Positions 1-11,049 of a DNA stretch of 19,782 nucleotides are shown piece by piece. The DNA is from a virus (taxonomy: Duplodnaviria > Heunggongvirae > Uroviricota > Caudoviricetes), in IMG/VR virus record IMGVR_UViG_638341196_000006; one strand, given 5' to 3'. A program made the translations under genes and the position numbers. The notes below the pieces were generated by a model. The model searched no databases. It worked only from the letters and a program-made list of their open reading frames with translations, and had not been told where the DNA came from. Numbering within the stretch: position 1 is the stretch's first letter; every line of letters begins with the position of its first letter.

Positions 1-263
1 ATGAAAAAAAGAAATTTTAGCGCAGAGTTTAAACGCGAATCCGCTCAACTGGTTGTTGACCAGAAATACACGGTGGCAGATGCCGCCAAAGCTATGGATG
101 TTGGCCTTTCCACAATGACAAGATGGGTCAAACAACTGCGTGATGAGCGTCAGGGCAAAACACCAAAAGCCTCTCCGATAACACCAGAACAAATCGAAAT
201 ACGTAAGCTGAGGAAAAAGCTACAACGCATTGAAATGGAGAATGAAATATTAAAAAAGGCTAC
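1..263 (+). pseudogene. IS911 orfA, 5' portion, interrupted after the KKAT codon by IS30
   Basis: Reading frame from ATG at 1 continues into IS30 end sequence at 264; the native orfA continuation (gcgctcttgatgtcagactccctgaacagttctcgataa) resumes at about 1486. Confidence 0.8.
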
Positions 264-2391
<2,128 letters not shown>

Positions 2392-2611
2392 CCACTTCAT
2401 TTTGATATTTTCCAGCACCTCCGCCTTGGAGCTACCGGAGCAGTTGCGCAGGTCATCCGCACCATACAGAGGCGCTGGCATAATGGGAGCCTTATTTTCA
2501 GTAATCAGAAAGGAGGGTAATCGTTCTGGCTGTAACCATAATCATCTGCATGATTCTGGCTTACGTTTTTGCTGCGATTGTCTTTGTCTTTGAGAGTGGA
2601 AACCATATTTG

Positions 2612-3091
2612 CTACAGTTTCTGGTTTCTTTCCTTCAGTTTTTCTTTCAGTGTCTGCCCTGTTTCTGCAATGAATGGAATGCGGATTTCCATCTGGTAAC
2701 TGTCTGCGCCAGTCTTTCTGTTTGTGGTTAATACTTTCTGGAGGACGAGTCCGATTTTCTTTCCGTGAAACTCAGGTGCAACATATTTACTGACGGAAAC
2801 CATATGTTGCGTTAACTGCCCAATTCCTGTGCATCCCATCATGGCGTGAATAATGCTCGCCCCAAATTTATTTTCAGTGCCGTCATTCTTCTGAACACAA
2901 ACACTGAGATATTGGATTTTCCGTCCGTCGTCGGATTCTCCAGAAAACTCAATGAATCGGGCACCTTTTTCTGATTGCTTGAGTTCTGCTTCGGTGATGT
3001 TAATGATATGCGCACCCGTTTCGGTAATAAAACCACCTTGTCCGGCGGTCAGTGCTGATTCTTCGTTATAAGTAAAAATCACTTCATCCAT
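2612..3091 (-). CDS. hypothetical phage protein (159 aa) downstream of exo
   Basis: Intact ORF, stop-start adjacent to exo on the same strand; no motif I can name. Confidence 0.5.
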   Translation of the reverse strand: MDEVIFTYNEESALTAGQGGFITETGAHIINITEAELKQSEKGARFIEFSGESDDGRKIQYLSVCVQKNDGTENKFGASIIHAMMGCTGIGQLTQHMVSVSKYVAPEFHGKKIGLVLQKVLTTNRKTGADSYQMEIRIPFIAETGQTLKEKLKERNQKL

Positions 3092-3780
3092 TAGTTATTA
3101 ACCCCCCATTGTTCTCCAAATACAAAACCAATTTCCGCCAGTGCTTCGTCCATTTTGTCGATGAACTCCGGCACCATCTCATCAAAACTCGTCATGTACT
3201 TTTCATCCCGCTCGACCACGACATAATGCAGGCCTTCACGCTTCATGCGTGGGTCGTAGTTGGCGAAGTACCAGGCGTCCTTGTCTGTAACCCACATGCT
3301 GAATTGCACCTGGGCCATGTAAGCAGGCTTGATAGCGTCAAAGCCGCCAAGCCGGAACTTCATGAAGTCGCGGGAAGTGAAGGGGCATTTAAGCTCAAGG
3401 CCGTTACCGTCGCTGCATAAACCGTCGGGAGAGCAGGCGGTGCGCATGCTTTCGTCACGAAAAATTATTGGCGTTTCCGAGACGGTAACATCCGCGATAA
3501 ATTCGAAGATGGCACGGGCATCATCTTCGTATTGCTTTCCCCATGCGAGCGACTTAGCGTTAACTTCCGGTGCCACGCCGGTACAAACTTCAGCCAGCAG
3601 GGTGTGGAAGTATGAGATTTTTGTATCAGGCCATTTGCTGCCGGAACGTGGCTTTGCTATCACATTGTGAACTTCTGAAGCAGTGATAACACCGAGTCTC
3701 AGCTTGTGCCATCCATCATCGCCCTGGTCGAGGCTGGTAATATCCACGCCAGTTCGCTGGAGAATAATTTCTGGTGTCAT
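3091..3780 (-). CDS. exo: lambda-type exonuclease (Red-alpha / Exo)
   Basis: [11 protein letters not shown]...[26 protein letters not shown]...[21 protein letters not shown]...[10 protein letters not shown] is near-collinear with lambda Exo as I recall it. Confidence 0.9.
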   Translation of the reverse strand: MTPEIILQRTGVDITSLDQGDDGWHKLRLGVITASEVHNVIAKPRSGSKWPDTKISYFHTLLAEVCTGVAPEVNAKSLAWGKQYEDDARAIFEFIADVTVSETPIIFRDESMRTACSPDGLCSDGNGLELKCPFTSRDFMKFRLGGFDAIKPAYMAQVQFSMWVTDKDAWYFANYDPRMKREGLHYVVVERDEKYMTSFDEMVPEFIDKMDEALAEIGFVFGEQWGVNN

Positions 3781-4382
3781 GACACGGCCTCGCTGCTATT
3801 TTCCGTGGTGGCGTGAATTTTCGCTTCCGCCGTGGCCTTGTTTCTGGCAGCTTTCTTTTTGACAAAATCAAGCGTTTTGACAGCTTCTTCCTGACTGAGA
3901 TATTCATGTGATGCAATCGTGCGACGGAATGTTTTGGAACATAAGGGAAGCAGGTCATCCCATGTCTTGTTAATTTCGGTGATTGCCTGAGTGATCTCAT
4001 TGATAATCTCATCTGATGCGGGAGTGACGTCACGCTCAGGGATGTGATCAGCATTCAGGATGATACCTTCACCGGCCTGAGTGTTCAGGTAGTCGATAGC
4101 TGTATCCAGGCGATCGCGACGGGGCCAGTATTTGCTGGCGCGCTTAACAATGGCTTTTCTGGCCATTTCATCGGGGAAACTATCCCACGGGCTACTTCCT
4201 CCGTTATTTCCGGCTTTGCTGCACGCCCTGATGACCTCGATTTCCCTGTTGCTCATCTCTTCGGTCAGATAGTCGCCTTCGGATGTTTTTACGACACAAT
4301 AACCGCCAATGCGTGCGCCCCTGTCTACGAATGGGTTGTATTTGTGCGTGGGGGCGCAGTCAATACCGTTGGACTCGTAAAT
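3777..4382 (-). pseudogene. bet: bet / RecT-family recombinase, 5'-truncated by the IS600 junction
   Basis: C-terminal part ...ERDVTPASDEIINEITQAITEINKTWDDLLPLCSKTFRR resembles lambda Bet; the frame stays open upstream of the first ATG to the IS600 boundary (..YESNGIDC..GGYCVVKTSEGDYLTEE) with no start; overlaps exo by 4 bp. Confidence 0.75.
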
Positions 4383-4446
4383 TGAGGTAGCCTGAGTTTA
4401 ACGGACACTCCTTCCTGAAATAGAATGGCATCAGAAGGAGCTAATA

Positions 4447-4709
4447 ATGAGCAGAAAAACCCAACGTTACTCTAAAGAGTTCAAAGCCGAAGCTGTCAGA
4501 ACGGTTCTTGAAAATCAACTTTCGATCAGTGAAGGCGCTTCCCGATTATCCCTTCCTGAAGGCACTTTAGGACAATGGGTTACCGCCGCCAGAAAAGGAC
4601 TCGGTACTCCTGGTTCCCGCACGGTGGCTGAACTGGAATCTGAAATTCTGCAACTGCGTAAGGCGTTAAATGAAGCTCGCCTTGAGCGAGATATATTAAA
4701 AAAAGCAAC
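4447..4709 (+). pseudogene. IS600 orfA, interrupted after the KKAT codon by IS30
   Basis: Frame runs from ATG 4447 into the IS30 inverted repeat at 4710; native continuation (agcgtattttgcacaggagtcgctgaaaaatacgcgttaa) resumes at 5933. Confidence 0.8.
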
Positions 4710-5930
4710 TGTAGATTCAATTGGTCAACGCAACAGTTATGTGAAAACATGGGGTTGCGGAGGTTTTTTGAATGAGACGAACATTTACAGCAGAGGAAAA
4801 AGCCTCTGTTTTTGAACTATGGAAGAACGGAACAGGCTTCAGTGAAATAGCGAATATCCTGGGTTCAAAACCCGGAACGATCTTCACTATGTTAAGGGAT
4901 ACTGGCGGCATAAAACCCCATGAGCGTAAGCGGGCTGTAGCTCACCTGACACTGTCTGAGCGCGAGGAGATACGAGCTGGTTTGTCAGCCAAAATGAGCA
5001 TTCGTGCGATAGCTACTGCGCTGAATCGCAGTCCTTCGACGATCTCACGTGAAGTTCAGCGTAATCGGGGCAGACGCTATTACAAAGCTGTTGATGCTAA
5101 TAACCGAGCCAACAGAATGGCGAAAAGGCCAAAACCGTGCTTACTGGATCAAAATTTACCATTGCGAAAGCTTGTTCTGGAAAAGCTGGAGATGAAATGG
5201 TCTCCAGAGCAAATATCAGGATGGTTAAGGCGAACAAAACCACGTCAAAAAACGCTGCGAATATCACCTGAGACAATTTATAAAACGCTGTACTTTCGTA
5301 GCCGTGAAGCGCTACACCACCTGAATATACAGCATCTGCGACGGTCGCATAGCCTTCGCCATGGCAGGCGTCATACCCGCAAAGGCGAAAGAGGTACGAT
5401 TAACATAGTGAACGGAACACCAATTCACGAACGTTCCCGAAATATCGATAACAGACGCTCTCTGGGGCATTGGGAGGGCGATTTAGTCTCAGGTACAAAA
5501 AACTCTCATATAGCCACACTTGTAGACCGAAAATCACGTTATACGATCATCCTTAGACTCAGGGGCAAAGATTCTGTCTCAGTAAATCAGGCTCTTACCG
5601 ACAAATTCCTGAGTTTACCGTCAGAACTCAGAAAATCACTGACATGGGACAGAGGAATGGAACTGGCCAGACATCTAGAATTTACTGTCAGCACCGGCGT
5701 TAAAGTTTACTTCTGCGATCCTCAGAGTCCTTGGCAGCGGGGAACAAATGAGAACACAAATGGGCTAATTCGGCAGTACTTTCCTAAAAAGACATGTCTT
5801 GCCCAATATACTCAACATGAACTAGATCTGGTTGCTGCTCAGCTAAACAACAGACCGAGAAAGACACTGAAGTTCAAAACACCGAAAGAGATAATTGAAA
5901 GGGGTGTTGCATTGACAGATTGAATCTACA
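4710..5930 (+). mobile_element. IS30 copy 2 (1221 bp), inserted in IS600 with flanking AC duplication (4708-4709 and 5931-5932)
   Basis: Starts tgtagattcaattggtcaacgcaacag, ends ...gttgcattgacagattgaatctaca. Confidence 0.9.
4772..5923 (+). CDS. insI: IS30 transposase (383 aa)
   Basis: Same protein as 271-1422; SD ggagg 8 nt upstream of ATG. Confidence 0.9.
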   Translation: MRRTFTAEEKASVFELWKNGTGFSEIANILGSKPGTIFTMLRDTGGIKPHERKRAVAHLTLSEREEIRAGLSAKMSIRAIATALNRSPSTISREVQRNRGRRYYKAVDANNRANRMAKRPKPCLLDQNLPLRKLVLEKLEMKWSPEQISGWLRRTKPRQKTLRISPETIYKTLYFRSREALHHLNIQHLRRSHSLRHGRRHTRKGERGTINIVNGTPIHERSRNIDNRRSLGHWEGDLVSGTKNSHIATLVDRKSRYTIILRLRGKDSVSVNQALTDKFLSLPSELRKSLTWDRGMELARHLEFTVSTGVKVYFCDPQSPWQRGTNENTNGLIRQYFPKKTCLAQYTQHELDLVAAQLNNRPRKTLKFKTPKEIIERGVALTD

Positions 5931-6007
5931 ACAGCGTATTTTGCACAGGAGTCGCTGAAAAATACGCGTTAATCGAACAATGGCGACAACAATTTCCCAT
6001 TGAAGCG

Positions 6008-6826
6008 ATGTGTCAGGTATTTGGTGTATCCAGGAGCGGTTATTACAACCGGGTACAGCATGAACCCTCAGACAGAAAACAAAGTGATGAGCGGCTAAAA
6101 CTGGAGATTAAGGTGGCACATATCCGCACTCGCGAAACATATGGAACCCGGCGGCTCCAGACGGAGCTGGCAGAGAATGGCATCATCGTTGGTCGTGACC
6201 GACTGGCACGTCTTCGTAAGGAGCTAAGGCTACGCTGTAAGCAGAAACGCAAGTTCAGAGCGACTACGAACCCGAACCACAATCTGCCAGTTGCGCCAAA
6301 TCTGCTGAACCAGACGTTCGCTCCTACAGCACCAAATCAGGTCTGGGTGGCGGACCTGACGTATGTTGCCACACAGGAGGGATGGTTGTACCTCGCTGGC
6401 ATCAAAGATGTTTATACGTGCGAAATTGTCGGCTACGCCATGGGAGAGCGCATGACAAAAGAGCTGACAGGTAAAGCCCTGTTTATGGCGCTCAGGAGCC
6501 AGCGCCCACCTGCCGGGCTAATCCACCACTCTGATCGAGGTTCACAGTACTGCGCATACGATTACCGGGTCATACAGGAGCAGTTTGGTCTGAAAACATC
6601 AATGTCGCGTAAAGGTAACTGTTACGACAACGCTCCGATGGAAAGCTTCTGGGGAACGCTGAAAAATGAGAGCCTGAGCCACTATCGTTTTAATAACCGG
6701 GATGAAGCCATCTCAGTAATACGGGAATACATTGAGATTTTCTACAATCGTCAGCGTCGTCACTCTCGTCTGGGGAATATCTCCCCGGCAGCCTTCAGGG
6801 AAAAATATCATCAGATGGCTGCTTAA
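6008..6826 (+). CDS. IS600 orfB (DDE transposase domain)
   Basis: ...NQVWVADLTYVAT...HHSDRGSQYCA...RKGNCYDNAPMESF rve-type motifs. Confidence 0.8.
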   Translation: MCQVFGVSRSGYYNRVQHEPSDRKQSDERLKLEIKVAHIRTRETYGTRRLQTELAENGIIVGRDRLARLRKELRLRCKQKRKFRATTNPNHNLPVAPNLLNQTFAPTAPNQVWVADLTYVATQEGWLYLAGIKDVYTCEIVGYAMGERMTKELTGKALFMALRSQRPPAGLIHHSDRGSQYCAYDYRVIQEQFGLKTSMSRKGNCYDNAPMESFWGTLKNESLSHYRFNNRDEAISVIREYIEIFYNRQRRHSRLGNISPAAFREKYHQMAA

Positions 6827-8328
6827 AAAAAGAACAAATGGTAGTGTCCGCTATTGCCAGTACACCTCATTGACTTGATGAAATTGTGCACTTCAACCGA
6901 GGTTTGCAGCGGCGCGTTACTGAAGCCTTTAGGCCACACCCCGAACTTCTCTTTGTAGGTATGAGCGCACCATCCGTCACTCAGTGGCTTACCTGTCGCG
7001 TTGCGGTAATTCTGATAGCCCTTGATCTCACTCCACCACCGCTGTTTTTCCTCGCGGCTGTATTCGCGTTTCCCTTTGTTTACGCGAGAGAGTTTTCGAT
7101 CGCGGTCTGTTGCCACATCATCGCCACCAAGAGGACGAAACCCACATTTGGGACACATGTGTACACCAGCAGGCTTCATGAAGTGGCATTTGGGGCATTC
7201 TCTGGGAAGTTTTTCAGCTTTAACCTCGCCACCGCCAGCAGACGCTTTCATTCCGTCATTTTTGCCCGGCAGTTCGTCATACTCGATATCCTCGGGGAAA
7301 CCCAGCCGATGAACCGTGCCAGAATGGTCGAAAATCAACGCACGTTGTTTACCTGGGGCTGTACGTAACGCTCTACCTATGCACTGCAACCAACGGATTT
7401 CTGATTTTGTCGGACGGGCATAGATCAGGCAGCGAACATCGCTGTCAAATCCCGCAACCAGTACGCCGACGTTGACAATTATTTTGGTCACGCCCTCTTC
7501 AAAACGGCGAATGATGTCCTGTCGTTCATCATGGAGGGTATCTGCCGTCATCACCTCTGCGCCAATACCGGCCTGTAAAAACTCACGGGTAACAAAATTC
7601 GCATGCGCAACATTCACACAGAAGCAGATCGTCGGCAAATCCTCACCATTCTCAAGCCAGTTGCGAACGATATCGCCAACCAGATCCGAACTCCCCATGA
7701 TGGATGCGAGCTGCTCCTCGTTGTAATCCCGTCCAAATACGGTGTTACTGGTTTTTACGCCAGCCAGATCAGGCATTGAGGGGGCAAAAAACTCATAATC
7801 GCTCAGATCACCACGCTGAATAAGTTCACGAATCGTTGTAGGCTTGATCAGGCATTCGTAGTACTTCCCCATCCAGGCTGCGAACGGGGTACCGGAAAGT
7901 CCAAGAACCCTGATGTCTCTGTCCCGGATAACCTCAAGTAACGCACGACGCTTCATGTGTGCTTCATCGATGATCAGCAGATCGATGTTGTTAGGAAACT
8001 CACGACGGATCAGCGTGTCGGCACTGGCAATCTGAATCAGTCGTGACGGGTCATAGTTAGGGTGATCACGCCATACAAAACTGATTTCTTCCCACGGCAA
8101 ACCGTATTCGGTGAAACGTTCCGCTGTCTGGTTCAGCAGGATGGTGTACGGACAGACAAACATCACTCGCATACCACGTTCAACCATTCCGGCGGTGACG
8201 AATGCTGCAAGACCAGTTTTGCCAGAGCCAGTGGGTGCATACATCAGGTACGTGCGATGCTGTTTCCACTGGTGCCGCAGCTGGTTTAAACCGCGCTCCT
8301 GAGCAAAGTTTGGGATTATTTTCAGCAT
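6823..8328 (-). CDS. phage SF2 DEAD/DEAH-box DNA helicase with C-terminal zinc ribbon; the 3' end runs into the IS600 right end
   Basis: Walker A APTGSGKT, DEAH-like LIIDEAH, SAT-like GLSGTP, CPKCHF...CPKCGF Cys pairs; the last ~15 codons and the stop lie inside IS600 sequence (6826-6870). Confidence 0.8.
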   Translation of the reverse strand: MLKIIPNFAQERGLNQLRHQWKQHRTYLMYAPTGSGKTGLAAFVTAGMVERGMRVMFVCPYTILLNQTAERFTEYGLPWEEISFVWRDHPNYDPSRLIQIASADTLIRREFPNNIDLLIIDEAHMKRRALLEVIRDRDIRVLGLSGTPFAAWMGKYYECLIKPTTIRELIQRGDLSDYEFFAPSMPDLAGVKTSNTVFGRDYNEEQLASIMGSSDLVGDIVRNWLENGEDLPTICFCVNVAHANFVTREFLQAGIGAEVMTADTLHDERQDIIRRFEEGVTKIIVNVGVLVAGFDSDVRCLIYARPTKSEIRWLQCIGRALRTAPGKQRALIFDHSGTVHRLGFPEDIEYDELPGKNDGMKASAGGGEVKAEKLPRECPKCHFMKPAGVHMCPKCGFRPLGGDDVATDRDRKLSRVNKGKREYSREEKQRWWSEIKGYQNYRNATGKPLSDGWCAHTYKEKFGVWPKGFSNAPLQTSVEVHNFIKSMRCTGNSGHYHLFFF

Positions 8329-8708
8329 GACGCCCCCTTGCTACGTGATTTACCCGTTGCCGGGATCACGTCGATCTCATCGCTAACGTATTGATCCGGA
8401 TTACGTGAACAGCGCAGAAGCACGATACCAGGAATGCCGTATAGCTTGAGTCTGCGCAGTTTCAGTATTGAACGTGCCCGTGGTGACGCTCTGTCCACCT
8501 CGATCGCGCACCGTTCACCAGATGGGGCAACGACCATGATATCGACGAATCCGCGCTTACCGTTGCCCATATCAACCAGATAATTACGTTCGATCGCCAG
8601 TCCGGCATCACGCAATTTGGCAGCCAGCACATAATCAAACGTGACCTTGTCTTTTCCGGTGTAGAATTTGTTTCCGAGCAGGCTGATAACCACATGTTTG
8701 ATGAACAT
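8322..8708 (-). CDS. hypothetical protein, possibly a PD-(D/E)xK / VRR-NUC-like nuclease, translationally coupled to the helicase
   Basis: 128-aa ORF overlapping the helicase start by 7 bp; GFVDIMVVAPSGERCAIEVD resembles a nuclease core but the catalytic Lys is not evident; SD ggtgga upstream. Confidence 0.45.
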   Translation of the reverse strand: MFIKHVVISLLGNKFYTGKDKVTFDYVLAAKLRDAGLAIERNYLVDMGNGKRGFVDIMVVAPSGERCAIEVDRASPRARSILKLRRLKLYGIPGIVLLRCSRNPDQYVSDEIDVIPATGKSRSKGASC

Positions 8709-8890
8709 GGTACTATTTCCACCGTAATGGTTAGTATAATAACAATTTCTACAGAAACCATCTCACCCTATACAGTGATCTACCTAACCTATGGAGCTGC
8801 CTTCCTCTGGTAGTGCCCTTACAGGCACGGATGTTACAGATCTGCCCCCTTACCCCCTTCTTAGTAAAATTTCAAGTGCAATGGTTTAAT

Positions 8891-8905
8891 GTGAAATCAT
8901 TTCAC
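8891..8905. repeat. perfect 7-1-7 palindrome GTGAAATCATTTCAC in an intergenic gap of the leftward operon
   Basis: Read directly; between the 93-aa gene end and the 128-aa gene start. Confidence 0.3.
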
Positions 8906-8929
8906 AAAAAATAATCACCTTGATGAGAT

Positions 8930-9211
8930 CTATTCCTTCCGTATCGCTACTGGCGAAAGCATCCAGCCACGGCTGGCTCTCGCGTACTTCTGGACATACA
9001 CCCGTAACCGGGTGTTGGCGCTCCGTCTTGCCCTGTTGCCCTTCCTGAACGATACAGGCTCCTTGTCCCACTCTTCCTGGTACACTCTCGCGTACTCTGC
9101 TGCAATTTTTACCCTGGTGGTCGGGTCTAGCTGTAACAATTGCTCCTGTATCCAGTCCCGATCAGCATCACAGTACTGATCGGGCATAACCGTTTTGATT
9201 TGCCTGTTCAC
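8930..9211 (-). CDS. hypothetical phage protein (93 aa; true start may be the internal Met)
   Basis: ORF immediately downstream of the cro-like gene on the same strand; basic C-terminus; no recognisable domain. Confidence 0.4.
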   Translation of the reverse strand: MNRQIKTVMPDQYCDADRDWIQEQLLQLDPTTRVKIAAEYARVYQEEWDKEPVSFRKGNRARRSANTRLRVYVQKYARASRGWMLSPVAIRKE

Positions 9212-9233
9212 TCACACCTCCGATGGAGGGTTA

Positions 9234-9473
9234 TCAGGCTGTTTGCCTTACATGAAGCGGAATACCATCTTCCATGTTTAGGTAGTCATGCGGGTTTAGT
9301 TCATGGGGAGTTACATTCCAGTCTGTAGCTTTTGCCCATTCAATGGCTTTCCGCCCCTGAGGCATGTATCTCCCTGTAATAACCCCACTGACAAATCCCT
9401 GAGAAACTCCAACAATCGCCGCAAAATCGGCTTGTCTGATAGAGCTTTGTCTCAAGTACTCGTCAAGAGTCAT
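9234..9473 (-). CDS. Cro-like HTH regulator, divergent from cI
   Basis: 79-aa protein with helix-turn-helix QADFAAIVGVSQGFVSGVITG; divergent from cI with a strong promoter directly upstream. Confidence 0.6.
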   Translation of the reverse strand: MTLDEYLRQSSIRQADFAAIVGVSQGFVSGVITGRYMPQGRKAIEWAKATDWNVTPHELNPHDYLNMEDGIPLHVRQTA

Positions 9474-9499
9474 AGAGATCCTCCCATTTCAATTTTCCG

Positions 9500-9527
9500 A
9501 TATTAGCTTACCTGATTTAAATGTCAA
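9500..9527 (-). promoter_or_regulatory. pR-like promoter for the cro-like operon (-35 TTGACA at 9522-9527, 16-bp spacer, -10 TAATAT at 9500-9505 on the minus strand)
   Basis: Near-consensus sigma-70 hexamers read on the reverse complement; ATG of the cro-like gene is at 9473. Confidence 0.5.
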
Positions 9528-9540
9528 TAGGCTAGCTATT
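9526..9540. promoter_or_regulatory. candidate operator: imperfect palindrome AATAGgctagCTATT between the divergent -35 elements
   Basis: Inverted repeat read directly; position is typical of an OR-type operator. Confidence 0.3.
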
Positions 9541-9568
9541 TGATAAATATTTGTGTTGCTAATAAAAT
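9540..9568 (+). promoter_or_regulatory. pRM-like promoter for cI (-35 TTGATA 9540-9545, 17-bp spacer, -10 TAAAAT 9563-9568)
   Basis: Hexamers read directly; predicted start is only a few nt before the cI ATG at 9579, i.e. a near-leaderless message as for lambda cI. Confidence 0.4.
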
Positions 9569-9578
9569 CGGAGGCACT

Positions 9579-10298
9579 ATGACGAAGAAAATTACAATTA
9601 CTGACAAAGACATCCAGAACGCTGAACGACTGCGCAAAATCTGGGATGAAAAACGGAAACAGCTATCCCTAAGCCAGGAAAAAGCCGCAGATATCCTCGG
9701 CTTCAAAACGCAGGGGGCTGTTAGTCAGTTATTGAACGCAAAAATTGCGTTAAATACTGAAAATACCCTTAAGTTTGCGGCTTTATTACAGGTTCCTGCG
9801 GAAGAAATTAATCCAGATCTGAGTGATTTGTTACGCAGTATTCGTACCCACACACCGGGAAACAGGCGTAACCTGTTCGAGAAATATTACGAATATCCGT
9901 TACTCTCCTGCGTACAGGCTGGAGCTTTCTCAATGGATGATTTTTCGTACACCGCAAAGGATGCGATTAAGTGGATCTCCACCACCACAAAAGCCAGTGA
10001 CAGGTCGTTCTGGCTGGAGGTCAAGGGGCATTCAATGACCGCGCCGCAGGGTGGTAAACCCAGTTTCCCCGAAGGGATGCTGATACTCGTTGACCCTGAG
10101 CGGGAGATTGAGGATGGCGATTTTTGCGTGGCCCGAATGAATGGCGATGAATTCACCTTCAAACGATTCATTCGTGAGAGCGGTAAAGCGTACCTGGAGC
10201 CACTCAACCCACGATTCGACATGATTGAGTGTAACGAAAACTGCCAGTTTGTCGGAAAGGTCATAAAGTCGCAGTGGAATGATGAGACTTTTGATTGA
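9579..10298 (+). CDS. cI: CI-type prophage repressor (HTH N-domain plus LexA/S24-like autocleavage domain)
   Basis: ...[21 protein letters not shown]... HTH; C-terminal ...[37 protein letters not shown]...GDEFTFKRF... is near-collinear with lambda CI; I place the start at ATG 9579 rather than the track's TTG at 9540. Confidence 0.9.
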   Translation: MTKKITITDKDIQNAERLRKIWDEKRKQLSLSQEKAADILGFKTQGAVSQLLNAKIALNTENTLKFAALLQVPAEEINPDLSDLLRSIRTHTPGNRRNLFEKYYEYPLLSCVQAGAFSMDDFSYTAKDAIKWISTTTKASDRSFWLEVKGHSMTAPQGGKPSFPEGMLILVDPEREIEDGDFCVARMNGDEFTFKRFIRESGKAYLEPLNPRFDMIECNENCQFVGKVIKSQWNDETFD

Positions 10299-10419
10299 AC
10301 TCACAGGATGATATCAATAACCTTGCAGGGAGGCTATTTTATTTCCTTTTTCAGCGAAAAATCTCCGAGAACCCTCGCCCAATGCGGGCGGGGAGCAGTC
10401 GCAATCAAGTGAGCCATAA

Positions 10420-10590
10420 ATGAACAAAGACAAATCCTTGACACAACAAGTGGAAGAAATACTTAGCAAGCAAAAAGTTAGCGAGCAAGGAAAAATGATT
10501 CAATCATTAAAGAACATGGGCTTGATCAACAAGCCTGTTTTTACTTTGGCTTATGGACCAGATATTACAACCTGCCAAATGCACCAATAA
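10420..10590 (+). CDS. small hypothetical ORF (56 aa) downstream of cI, below the ORF-track cutoff
   Basis: ATG 10420 to TAA 10588-10590 (MNKDKSLTQQVEEILSKQKVSEQGKMIQSLKNMGLINKPVFTLAYGPDITTCQMHQ), immediately followed by a strong terminator; weak SD. Confidence 0.3.
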   Translation: MNKDKSLTQQVEEILSKQKVSEQGKMIQSLKNMGLINKPVFTLAYGPDITTCQMHQ

Positions 10591-10592
10591 CA

Positions 10593-10620
10593 AAACCCGG
10601 CCTTGGTGCCGGGTTTTGTT
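10593..10620. terminator. bidirectional rho-independent terminator (stem cccggc/gccggg, A-run upstream, T-run downstream)
   Basis: aaaacccggccttggtgccgggttttgttt; sits between the convergent cI-side operon and hicB. Confidence 0.7.
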
Positions 10621-10704
10621 TGCCTCCTGCTCGCCCCACCATTTACCAGTGCGCCGTAAATTCCCCATTCTTCGGCGGTGAGGATGTCAAAGACGAAGGG
10701 AACA

Positions 10705-11049
10705 TTAAGCCCCTGTGTGATGGTTGACTTCTTTTTCCAGCGCCTTATTAACAAAGGCGTTCAGTGATAAATCTTCTTCCATCGCCATTTCAGCGACCCG
10801 ACGATGCAGTTCTGGATCAAGTCTGACGTTAAACACACCTTTAAACGGGGTATCAGGCTCCTTTCCATCCTCCACACAAGACTGTAAATACAGCTCAACC
10901 GATGTCTTAAACTCCTGTTCCAGTTCAGCTAATGTAGAAGCCTCATAAGTTACCAGGTCTCGAATAAACGCCAGTTTTCCGTACAGGATATTATTTTCAA
11001 AATCTGGTTCTACTGTACCTAAATATCCTTTATATTTTAGATGATTCAT
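10705..11049 (-). CDS. hicB: HicB-family antitoxin (N-terminal HicB fold plus C-terminal ribbon-helix-helix)
   Basis: 114 aa; C-terminal ...LDPELHRRVAEMAMEEDLSLNAFVNKALEKEV is RHH-like; 4-bp overlap with the upstream toxin gene. Confidence 0.8.
   Translation of the reverse strand: MNHLKYKGYLGTVEPDFENNILYGKLAFIRDLVTYEASTLAELEQEFKTSVELYLQSCVEDGKEPDTPFKGVFNVRLDPELHRRVAEMAMEEDLSLNAFVNKALEKEVNHHTGA

Larger units (their letters stand above)
4383..6870 (+). mobile_element. IS600 (IS3 family), interrupted by IS30 at 4710-5930; boundaries about +/-2 bp
   Basis: Left end tgaggtagcctgagtttaacggacactcc at 4383 and right end ggtagtgtccgc...cacctca at 6870; orfA product MSRKTQRYSKEFKAEAVRTVLE... and orfB product match IS600 as I recall it. 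Confidence 0.85.

Noticed and set aside
8886-8895. CRP binding site at the GTGAAATCATTTCAC palindrome
   Set aside because: The TGTGA and TCACA half-sites are separated by 7 nt, not the 6 nt CRP requires
9540-9578. cI start at 9540
   Set aside because: 9540 is a TTG inside the -35 hexamer; ATG 9579 with SD ggagg gives a protein collinear with lambda CI
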